Source: Candidatus Solibacter sp. (GTDB taxonomy: Bacteria; Acidobacteriota; Terriglobia; Bryobacterales; Bryobacteraceae). From it: DNA of 64,000 nucleotides. A program made the translations under genes and the position numbers. The notes beneath the pieces were generated by a model. The model was not told the origin of the DNA. It did no database searches and saw only the letters and a program-made list of their open reading frames with translations. The stretch covers positions 1,600 to 65,599 of the forward strand of contig JBDTMZ010000047.1 of the NCBI GenBank assembly GCA_039934035.1, in the 5' to 3' direction. This document shows positions 8,817 to 17,105 of this stretch, piece by piece (positions within the stretch are counted from its first letter, which is position 1; every line of letters starts with the position of its first letter).

Positions 8817-9524
8817 TTATTGTCCGCCGACGTCGGCGGCCGGCGCTTGCTTCCCTGCCTCAATGGCGAAGTTCGTGAAGTCGATGGTCAACTCCGCCTT
8901 GCCGACAAAACGCACATTCGCGACGCTCTGCACCGTACGCGGCACCGAGATGCCATCGCGAATCTCGTATTTCCTCACGAATGCCACCTTCTTCAGAAAG
9001 ATGGACGGATTCTTCACCAGGTAGCCCGACTCCTGCACCTTGAGGAACGTGACGGCGTCGATCCAGACTTCGCCCTTGAAAAGGCCCTCCCGCTTTTGCC
9101 TGGGAGTGACTTCAAATACGTGGACTTCCCGGCCGCTACTCCGATCGGCGCCTTTGTACTTGAATTTATAGTTATCGGGCGTCACCGCTATCTCCGGCGC
9201 TTGCTGGCGCTGGGCTTCGACTTCGGCGGAAAGATAGCGCGAAATGATTTCTTTATTGACGATGCCGTCGCCTTCGAACTGAGCCCTTTCGTAGCGGATC
9301 AGGCCAAGCGGCGAAATGCGGCGCAGCGCGTGCAGTTTGCCATGCTTTTTCAGCTTCGGGAGCGAGGCATCGATTTCCACATCCATCGAGGCTTCCCGGC
9401 TCTGCAAAGCCTGCAAATGCGCGGCGGTTACGTAGTTGTCTACAATACTGTCCGTCGTGGCCGCAGGTTCAGCGACGACGCTAAAAGTGAGAATGGCAAT
9501 GCATGGAAAGACGCGGAACTTCAA
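8817..9524 (-). CDS. Secreted protein, tentatively LolA-like / outer-membrane-lipoprotein-sorting-protein-like fold
   Basis: 235 aa with signal peptide MKFRVFPCIAILTFSVVA. The beta-rich C-terminal half (FKGEVWIDAVTFLKVQESGYLVKNPSIFLKKVAFVRKYE) resembles the LolA_like family. Lies 27 nt upstream of hpnJ. The fold assignment is unverified. Confidence 0.55.
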   Translation of the reverse strand: MKFRVFPCIAILTFSVVAEPAATTDSIVDNYVTAAHLQALQSREASMDVEIDASLPKLKKHGKLHALRRISPLGLIRYERAQFEGDGIVNKEIISRYLSAEVEAQRQQAPEIAVTPDNYKFKYKGADRSSGREVHVFEVTPRQKREGLFKGEVWIDAVTFLKVQESGYLVKNPSIFLKKVAFVRKYEIRDGISVPRTVQSVANVRFVGKAELTIDFTNFAIEAGKQAPAADVGGQ

Positions 9525-9616
9525 ATATGATCCTTGGATAAGAGTTTAATGACCTAAGTGTAGCAGAATCTGACGCCCCAGCGGCTTACAGGCGGAAGCC
9601 GCGAGGGCTCAGGAAC

Positions 9617-10666
9617 TTAGCGGTAGCCGCGGATGGTCTGTGCCCGGCTGTTGAGGCGCGCGGCGTCGTCGAACATGCGCAGTTTTTCGCGCGCGATGGC
9701 CAGATTCTGCAGCGCATCGGCCAGTTCCGGACCGGGTTGGATGGCGAACTTCTCGCGCATTTCCACCGCCGTGGTGAGCGCCTCGTTGGCCTCTACCCAG
9801 CGTTTCTGTTTGAGGCGCAGCAGTCCCAGATTGGTCTCCGCCAGGGCAATTTCCGCCACGCAATCCGGGCAGGAGGCGCGCAGAATGTCCAGGCATTGCA
9901 GCATCGCCTTCTCCGCCATGCTGAGCTTTCCCTCGTGCATCAGAATCAGACCCTCCTGGCTGAGCAGGGTGGCCACTCGGGGGTGGCGCGGCCCCAGCGC
10001 CTTTTCGTACAACATAAGCGCCTTGCGGTAGAGCGGCAGCGCGCGGTCGATGGCGCCCATGTAACGGTGCGCTTCGGCCACGCTGGTGTAGGCGAGGGCG
10101 GTGTCGACGCTATCTTCCCCAGTGGTCTTAATTGCCATGGTCAGCGCCTCTTCGGCCAGCGCCAGTGCGTCCGCCGGACGGTTGTTGCGGATGCTGAGAC
10201 TGGAAAGGCCTTCCAGGGTCCGCGCCGTCTGCAGGTCTTCGGGGTATAACGAACGCTCGATGGGCAGCGCCGCGCTCAACAGGGTCTCGGCCTTCGCCGC
10301 ATCGTCCAGCATGAGGTAATTGCCCGCCAGCAAATTCATATTGGTGATAGTGCGGTGATGCTCCGGGCCCAGGGACTTGCGGTGCAGCGCCAACGCATTC
10401 TCCAGCACTTTGACGGCCGCCCCACGTTGTCCATCGCCCGCCAGGGCAATTCCATAATTGAGCAGCGTCGCCGCCATATGGCCTTCGTAAGGCTCGCCCA
10501 TGGAGCGCCAGACGTCGATCGCTTCGCGGTAAAGGGGCAAAGCGTCCACGTAGTTGCTGGCCTCGGCCAGGCGGTTGCCCCGTCCGTTCAAGTTGATTGC
10601 TTTCTCGACGGGCGTCTCTGCCGCCGCGCTGAGAGTGAACAGAAGTCCAATCGCTAACCACTTCAT
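9617..10666 (-). CDS. Secreted tetratricopeptide-repeat protein
   Basis: 349 aa with signal peptide MKWLAIGLLFTLSAAA and repeated A..Y/L..AL...(G) TPR-like 34-42 aa units throughout. Confidence 0.8.
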   Translation of the reverse strand: MKWLAIGLLFTLSAAAETPVEKAINLNGRGNRLAEASNYVDALPLYREAIDVWRSMGEPYEGHMAATLLNYGIALAGDGQRGAAVKVLENALALHRKSLGPEHHRTITNMNLLAGNYLMLDDAAKAETLLSAALPIERSLYPEDLQTARTLEGLSSLSIRNNRPADALALAEEALTMAIKTTGEDSVDTALAYTSVAEAHRYMGAIDRALPLYRKALMLYEKALGPRHPRVATLLSQEGLILMHEGKLSMAEKAMLQCLDILRASCPDCVAEIALAETNLGLLRLKQKRWVEANEALTTAVEMREKFAIQPGPELADALQNLAIAREKLRMFDDAARLNSRAQTIRGYR

Positions 10667-10799
10667 TGCGCCCTCCGGTTGTCTGGACGGATGGACGAAT
10701 GCAATGCCCGGAAGTTGCGTAAACTGGGGGTGAATTGGCCGCCGCTCCGGTGGTTAACTCCCGGATGTCACCGATTGTGCCCGGTGCTACCCTCAAGTC

Positions 10800-13529
10800 A
10801 TGCCACGGCAAGAACTTCCTTCCGCACGCCGCTCTCCCGCCACGCGCATCACGCTACTCATTTTGGTGCTGGCCGTGTTATTTGGCGCACGTTCGTTCGC
10901 GGCCTACGTCATCGAAATTGAGTGGTGGAAAGAACTCGGGCAGTTCAACACCTGGCTCAGCATGCTGTACTACAGCATCGCGCCGGTGGCTGCCGCGACG
11001 GTCCTGGCCTTCCTGGCGCTGTGGATTTCGCATGCGCGGGCGCTCAAGTTCGCCGGCACCGGACTGGGCGAACATCGCATGTACGCGCGCCTTTCCGCCC
11101 TGGCGCTGCTCGTGCTCGGCTGGTTTACGGCAGCCGGCGCGATCGACAACTGGACGGTGGTACGCTTTGCCGGGTCGCGCGGACTGCCGGCCGCCACCAC
11201 GGCATGGCACGATTCGGTGTTCAACCAGCCGCTGTCTTTTTATCTGTTCGATCTGCCGTTCTACTCCCTGCTGCGGGGCTACCTCCTGGCGGTGGTGATT
11301 CTCTGCATCCTGGTCTATTGGGTGGCCGCTCGCGGCTGGCAGTTGCGCTACCGGATTCCGGAAATGCGCGCCTCCGGAGAGATCGATCCTGCCATTTTGC
11401 GCCTGGAAGGTGGCCTGGAATCACGCTTCCTGCGCGGCGCCGGGGTCATCCTGCTGCTCGCACTCGCGTTGAAGTTCTACCTCGGGCGTTACGAGATGGT
11501 CTACAACGAACACGGCACCTTCCTCGTGGGCGTCGACTACGTGGACAAGAACATCGGACTGCCGCTGCAATGGCTGATGATCTTCGCCAGCCTGGCCGCC
11601 TCCGTGTTCGTATGGTTTGGCCGCTGGGTGATGGCCGCGTCGATGGCGGTCGTGCTGGTATTGGATTTCGCCGCGCCCAGCCTGGTCAGCGCGCTCTACG
11701 TGCGCCCTAACGAAATCTCGCTGCAGCGCGACTATATCAAGACCCACATCCACGCCACGCGCAGCGCCTTCGGGATCGAGCAGCAGTTCAAAGAGGTGGA
11801 ATTTAAGGCCAAGCCCGAAGCTCCCATCGACGCGGCGGCCCACCGTGCGATTCTCGACAACGTCCGCCTGTGGGACACGCGCGCGTTCCACGATACCGTG
11901 ACCCAGATTCAGGCACTGCGCCCCTATTACGTATTTGCCGACACCGATGTCGACCGGTACACGATTGACGGCCAGTATCGCCAGGTGCTGTTGACGCCGC
12001 GCGAATTGGACCTCAGGCAACTGCCCGCGGCGCGCGCCAACTGGATCAACCCGGCGTTCATCTACACCCATGGCTACGGCATGGTGCTTTCCCCGGTCAG
12101 CAAAATTACGCCCGACGGGTTGCCTTCGCTGCTGATCGAGAACGCGCCGCCAGAGGTGAAGACGCCTTCCCTGAAGTTGACGCGCCCGGAACTGTATTAC
12201 GGCGAAGTGACCCATGAACCGGTGTTCGTGCACACGTCGCGCGAAGAGTTCAATTACCCGAGCGGCGAGACCAACGTCTCATCGCGTTACGAAGGCAAAG
12301 GCGGCTTTCCGGTGTCGGGCTTCGGCATGCGCCTGGCGGCGGCGATCAACGAGGGCGAGCCCAATATCCTGCTGACCAGCTACCTCACCCCGCAAAGCCG
12401 CATGATGATTCACCGCAAGGTGCAGGATCGGCTGAATCAACTGGCCGGCTTCCTCTCGTGGGATTCCGACCCGTACCTGGTCCTCACCGACGAAGGACGC
12501 ATGGTGTGGATGGTCGATGGCTACACCACCTCCGATGCGCACCCCTATGCGCATAGCGTCGACGTGCCGGAAATAGGGCGGGTGAACTATATCCGCAACG
12601 CGGTCAAAGCTACCGTCGATGCCTACGACGGCACCACCCACATGTATGTGTTTGCGCCGGACGACCCCATCATCGCGGCCTACCAAAAGCTCTTTCCCGA
12701 CCTGTTCCTGAGTAAGGACAAGATGCCGGCGGACCTGCGGCGGCACGCACGCTATCCGGAAACGCTCTTCCGCGTGCAGGCCGAGATCTATCGCACCTAT
12801 CACATGCTCGATCCGCAATCGTTCTACAACAAAGAGGACTTGTGGGATCTGGCGCGTCACACGGCGGCCCAGGGCGGCGGCGCCGAGCCGGTCACGCCGA
12901 CGTATGTGGTGACCACCCTGCCGGATTCCGATAAACCGGAGTTCCTGCTGATTCTCTCTTTCACGCCGCGCAACAAGGACAACCTGATCGGCGTCATGGC
13001 CGCGCGCTGCGACGGCGAGCACCTTGGCGAAATGGTGGTATTGCAACTCTCCAAACAAGAGTTGATCTTCGGGCCCATGCAAATCGGCGCGCGTATCAAT
13101 CAGGACCAGAATATTTCCAAGGACCTGACGCTGTGGAACCAACAGGGCTCGCAGGTGCTGCGCGGCCAGATGCTGGTGCTGCCGGTGGGCAATACGTTCC
13201 TCTATGTCGACCCGATCTACATCCAGGCGACCGAGGCGCGCATGCCGCAGCTCAAAAAAGTCGTACTGGCCGTGGGCAACCGCCTGATTTATGCCGACAC
13301 TTATGAACTGGCGCTGAGCCAGCTTACCGGAAGCGCGCAGGAGTTAGTGACGCAGGCTTCGTCGACCGCGCCGGAGAAGACCCCAAGCGGCAGCGCGCCG
13401 GCGCCGGGCGATGCGCGCCTGCAGCAGGTTCGCGATCATCTGCGGCGCTACCGGGAACTGGCCTCGCAGGGCAAGTGGAGCGAGGCCGGCAAGGAACTCG
13501 AAGCCATCGAGGCCGCCGTCAGGCAATAG
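10800..13529 (+). CDS. UPF0182 family large membrane protein
   Basis: 909 aa with an N-terminal multi-TM region followed by a large soluble part. ALYVRPNEISLQRDYIKTHIHATRSAFGI and LRPYYVFADTDVDRY match the conserved UPF0182 (COG1615) blocks. Confidence 0.85.
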   Translation: MPRQELPSARRSPATRITLLILVLAVLFGARSFAAYVIEIEWWKELGQFNTWLSMLYYSIAPVAAATVLAFLALWISHARALKFAGTGLGEHRMYARLSALALLVLGWFTAAGAIDNWTVVRFAGSRGLPAATTAWHDSVFNQPLSFYLFDLPFYSLLRGYLLAVVILCILVYWVAARGWQLRYRIPEMRASGEIDPAILRLEGGLESRFLRGAGVILLLALALKFYLGRYEMVYNEHGTFLVGVDYVDKNIGLPLQWLMIFASLAASVFVWFGRWVMAASMAVVLVLDFAAPSLVSALYVRPNEISLQRDYIKTHIHATRSAFGIEQQFKEVEFKAKPEAPIDAAAHRAILDNVRLWDTRAFHDTVTQIQALRPYYVFADTDVDRYTIDGQYRQVLLTPRELDLRQLPAARANWINPAFIYTHGYGMVLSPVSKITPDGLPSLLIENAPPEVKTPSLKLTRPELYYGEVTHEPVFVHTSREEFNYPSGETNVSSRYEGKGGFPVSGFGMRLAAAINEGEPNILLTSYLTPQSRMMIHRKVQDRLNQLAGFLSWDSDPYLVLTDEGRMVWMVDGYTTSDAHPYAHSVDVPEIGRVNYIRNAVKATVDAYDGTTHMYVFAPDDPIIAAYQKLFPDLFLSKDKMPADLRRHARYPETLFRVQAEIYRTYHMLDPQSFYNKEDLWDLARHTAAQGGGAEPVTPTYVVTTLPDSDKPEFLLILSFTPRNKDNLIGVMAARCDGEHLGEMVVLQLSKQELIFGPMQIGARINQDQNISKDLTLWNQQGSQVLRGQMLVLPVGNTFLYVDPIYIQATEARMPQLKKVVLAVGNRLIYADTYELALSQLTGSAQELVTQASSTAPEKTPSGSAPAPGDARLQQVRDHLRRYRELASQGKWSEAGKELEAIEAAVRQ

Positions 13530-13610
13530 CAGGTGTTTTCGTAGTCACGCGATGACTGGCATCGCAGACCCGAACGGTTTCGTGCCTGAAGACGGCCTGT
13601 GACAAGCCAA

Positions 13611-13666
13611 GTGGGGCAGGCATTCCTGCCGGCATTCCTGCCTGCCGCCGCCTTTAGGCGGCGCGA
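13611..13666 (+). repeat. Double-hairpin intergenic repeat, family A (copy with an internal 12-bp duplication)
   Basis: GTGGGGCAGGCATTCCTGCC[GGCATTCCTGCC]TGCCGCCGCCTTTAGGCGGCGCGA. It is identical to 31833-31876 apart from the bracketed duplication and one T/C change. Confidence 0.85.
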
Positions 13667-13756
13667 ACTTTCCTGGCAGCGTCGCCGTCACTCCGGGCAG
13701 TCCGCACTCCGCTTCCAAAGGTCACCCGTTATGCGATCCGGCGACGCTGGAGGCGA

Positions 13757-13790
13757 AGCTGAAAGCTGACAGCTGAAAGCTGACAGCTAG
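13757..13790. repeat. Tandem heptamer repeat AGCTGAM, about 4.7 units (14-bp unit AGCTGAAAGCTGAC x2 plus a partial unit)
   Basis: Read directly: AGCTGAA AGCTGAC AGCTGAA AGCTGAC AGCTAG. Confidence 0.85.
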
Positions 13791-13839
13791 GGCAGCGGCG
13801 GTCACGGCAGTGAAACCGCCCGCCGACCCGCCACCTTGA

Positions 13840-15726
13840 TTACGGACCCACAACGATCACAAGATTCTGTTCGTTTCTGACGCCGTCCACGGTCAGCTCG
13901 ATGGTCTGATCGCCTGCAACGACGCTCGGAATCACGACGTTGAGTTGATACAGGCCGATGGTGCCTTGCAGTAAACCCTTGAACGATACGCTGGCCTCAA
14001 TTCCGCCGATCTTTATCTGCAACGGAAGGGCGACCTCGGAGTTTTGGGCCGCAGCGACTCCCGCCTGCGTCGGAGGATTGGTGGGGCCCAAACCCAGGGC
14101 ATAGATTGAGACGGTATCTCCGGGCTTGGGGGCCACGAAGGCGACTCCGGGAATCATGTTCGGCCGGCCGATATACGAAGTGAAGTTGGGCGTCAGCGCC
14201 ACCACGTACTGCTTGCCGCCGATTTTGAAGGACGTCGCGGTCAGCAGGGTTGGAGATAGACGGGAGCGCGTGACGCTAATCGCGTTGCTGGTGCCCTGGG
14301 CAGTCTCAATGCGGATCGGCACCGGTCCGGTCGCGGTGTCCTCCGGCACATTGATGTTGATTTGCCCGGGGCTCACATAGTAGATGAACGCAGGCTTGTT
14401 GTTGACGGTGACGCGGACCCCTTCAAGCGACGTGGGGGCGTTCGCTCCCGTGAAGTCGGCGCCGCTCCAGAGGCGGGAAACGCGGGAGAAGTTTTCGCCG
14501 TAGATCTCCACGTACATGTTCGACGAGAAGCCGGCATTTCCCAGGAACGCCGGCAGGACCGGGTTAGTGGACCGAATGGCAGGTGGGCCAAGCGGCGGCG
14601 CATTAATTTTGCGGATCCGGTGGTTGAGCGAGTCGGCAAAATAGACGTTGCCTTGCGAGTCTACCGTCAGCCCTGTGGGCGCGTTGATTGCCGCGCTGGA
14701 GGCGGCGCCGCGGTCCCCGGAGAACCCGGCCGTCCCCGTGCCCGCCACCGTGGTGATGATTCCGGTAGCCGCATCCACCTTGCGGATACGGTGACCCAGC
14801 CAGTCGCTGATGTACAGATTTCCGGCTGCATCGGCCTTGACGTCCCACGGGATCAAGGTGGCGCGAGTGGCGGGACCGCCATCGCCGAGATTATTGAGGA
14901 ACGGGAGGGTGATTTCTCCGGTGCCGGCCACCGTGCTGATGATACCGTCGCGCGCGACTTTGCGGATGCGGTAGTTGGTGGTATCGGCGATGTAGACGTT
15001 GCCGGCGGCATCCACGCCCACGCCGTGAGGCGCATTGAGACGAGCGCTGGTGGCAGGACCGCCGTCTCCCGAAAATCCTCCGGGAGTGCCGAGGTTGGCG
15101 TTGACGGTGCCACTCCCGGCGATCGTGTTAATAATGCCGAGAGTATCGATTTTTCGTACGCGCTGATTATTGAGATCGGCAACGTATATGTTGCCCTGGG
15201 CGTCGACAGCCAATCCGACAGGGTTGTTCAGTTTCGCGGCGGTGGCGGGTCCTCCGTCGCCGGAGAAGCCCGTGGAGGAAACTCCTGGCGCGCCGCTGCC
15301 CGCGTAGTTGGTGAGGATTCCGTTTGTACCCACTTTACGAACTCGCTGCAGACCGCTATCGGTGAAATAGAAATTCCCCACGGCGTCCACCACCACGTCC
15401 CAGGGACTGAAAATCGCGGTGGCACCCGCCAGGCGGCCTTCGGATTGATCGAGGCAAGCGGGTGGCGGGCCGCAGCCCGCAATGGTTTGCGTGAAGTCCG
15501 ACGTCAATAACTTACGAATGCGGGAGTTTACGTAATCAGCGATGTAGACATTGCCAGCCGCATCCACGGCCACACCGTTGGGCGTATTCAGTTGAGCGTT
15601 CGCGCCCGGTCCGCCGTCACCGGACGCCCCTGCGGCACCCGTGCCAATGACGGTGTTGATCACGCCGGATTGGGCGCGGCAGAGAACCGCGCTGAAGACG
15701 AGGACAGAAAGGTATCGCAAAGACAT
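13840..15726 (-). CDS. Secreted NHL-repeat protein with a Solibacter-type IPT/TIG-like C-terminal module
   Basis: 628 aa with a signal peptide. At least six NHL-type repeats (P.GVAVDAAGNVYIAD..N.RIRK). The C-terminal ~230 aa are homologous to ORFs 32192..33076 and 48887..49786. Confidence 0.85.
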   Translation of the reverse strand: MSLRYLSVLVFSAVLCRAQSGVINTVIGTGAAGASGDGGPGANAQLNTPNGVAVDAAGNVYIADYVNSRIRKLLTSDFTQTIAGCGPPPACLDQSEGRLAGATAIFSPWDVVVDAVGNFYFTDSGLQRVRKVGTNGILTNYAGSGAPGVSSTGFSGDGGPATAAKLNNPVGLAVDAQGNIYVADLNNQRVRKIDTLGIINTIAGSGTVNANLGTPGGFSGDGGPATSARLNAPHGVGVDAAGNVYIADTTNYRIRKVARDGIISTVAGTGEITLPFLNNLGDGGPATRATLIPWDVKADAAGNLYISDWLGHRIRKVDAATGIITTVAGTGTAGFSGDRGAASSAAINAPTGLTVDSQGNVYFADSLNHRIRKINAPPLGPPAIRSTNPVLPAFLGNAGFSSNMYVEIYGENFSRVSRLWSGADFTGANAPTSLEGVRVTVNNKPAFIYYVSPGQININVPEDTATGPVPIRIETAQGTSNAISVTRSRLSPTLLTATSFKIGGKQYVVALTPNFTSYIGRPNMIPGVAFVAPKPGDTVSIYALGLGPTNPPTQAGVAAAQNSEVALPLQIKIGGIEASVSFKGLLQGTIGLYQLNVVIPSVVAGDQTIELTVDGVRNEQNLVIVVGP

Positions 15727-16086
15727 GTAGGCGATGATACAAGATTCCCGCGAGCCTCCACAGCCTGGGTACGGTATGATGACACCTGTCGGCGAGACCC
15801 GCGTCGGTCTGCGATTTCATCAACCCAAATCCAGGAGAAATGCAGTGCACCGCTTCCACGCCGTCTTCGGGAGCGGAATCACGTCGCGCAGCGACGAGTC
15901 ACAGTCGCGGGGCCGATCGCGTGCGTGAGGGCGTAGTCCGCCGTCAAGTTGAAGGTGCCGGTGCAGCGCGGCGGATTGGCGGATGAGGTGTCGGTTGCGG
16001 TAGTGTGGCAACGATCAGGTCAAGCGTCGTACATTACGGGTATCATCCTGGATGGATCCGGCGGGTTGTAGAGAGGAGCGCGGCAA

Positions 16087-17073
16087 ATGAGTCCTGGCAA
16101 TTACGCGGCGAAGCAGGTGGCGGCGGAGGGCGTGGAAACGGTCCAGTTGACCGACCTGGCGCGCAAGACCGAAGTCGAGATCGCGCCCGGCGTCGGCAAC
16201 ATGGCGTTCAAGTGGAACGTCGAGGGGCGGAACTATTTGTACTTCCCGTACCCCGATGCGGCCGCCTTCGCGCAGCGGCCGAGACTGTGCGGGGTGCCGT
16301 TTCTCGGTCCCTGGGCCAATCGCCTGGATGGCGATGCGTTCTGGGCCAACGGGAAGAAGTACCTGTTGAATCCGGGCCTCGGCAATTTGCGGCGCGACGG
16401 CAACCAGAAGGCGCTCCACGGGGTGCTGGGATTCTCCAAAGAGTGGAAACTGATGGAGGCGAAAGCGGACGCCGGCAGCGCCTGGGCTACTAGCCGGCTG
16501 GAATACTGGCGCCACCCGGACATGATGGCGCAGTTCCCGTTTCCGCACACGTTGACCATGACCTACCGTCTGCGCGACGGGCGTGTGGAGGTAGCTACCG
16601 AAATCGAAAATCACGGCGACGCGCCGATGCCCGTGGGGATCGGATTCCACCCCTACTTTCAGTTGCACGACACCCATCGCGACGAATGGCACGTGCACCT
16701 CGCGGCGCGCGAGCATATGGTGCTGACGCCCCAACTGTTGCCGACCGGTGAAGGCAAACCGCTCGAATTTGCCGACCCGCATGCGCTGAGCGTGGGTCCG
16801 CTGGACGATGTATTCGGCAATCTGGTGCGCGATGCGGACGGGCTGGCGCGCTTCAAGGTGGAAGGCGGGCGCGAGCGCGTGACGGTGGCGTTCGGGCCGA
16901 AATTCACCACCGCCGTGGTCTACGCGCCGCGCGGCCAGGACTATATCTGCTTCGAGCCGATGGCCGCCATCACCAACGGCTTCAACCTGGCGCACGATGG
17001 GGTGTACAAAGATCTGCAGAGCGTGGCGCCCGGTGAGAAGTGGAAAGAGAGCTGGTGGTTTAGCGCAGCCTAG
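16087..17073 (+). CDS. Aldose 1-epimerase (galactose mutarotase-like) family protein
   Basis: 328 aa with GAGGAG 8 nt upstream. GIGFHPYFQL and FEPM.. motifs typical of the aldose epimerase fold. Confidence 0.85.
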   Translation: MSPGNYAAKQVAAEGVETVQLTDLARKTEVEIAPGVGNMAFKWNVEGRNYLYFPYPDAAAFAQRPRLCGVPFLGPWANRLDGDAFWANGKKYLLNPGLGNLRRDGNQKALHGVLGFSKEWKLMEAKADAGSAWATSRLEYWRHPDMMAQFPFPHTLTMTYRLRDGRVEVATEIENHGDAPMPVGIGFHPYFQLHDTHRDEWHVHLAAREHMVLTPQLLPTGEGKPLEFADPHALSVGPLDDVFGNLVRDADGLARFKVEGGRERVTVAFGPKFTTAVVYAPRGQDYICFEPMAAITNGFNLAHDGVYKDLQSVAPGEKWKESWWFSAA

Positions 17074-17105
17074 CGGCGCGCGGCAAGAGCCAGCCCTACC
17101 TCAGC

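Noticed and set aside
7578-9530. 650-aa ORF on the + strand
   Set aside because: It is entirely antisense to the well-supported hpnJ and LolA-like genes. The translation is Arg/Gly/Ala/His/Asp-rich with no recognisable motif. Such shadow ORFs are expected in GC-rich DNA, where stop codons are rare in the reverse frames of GC3-biased genes.
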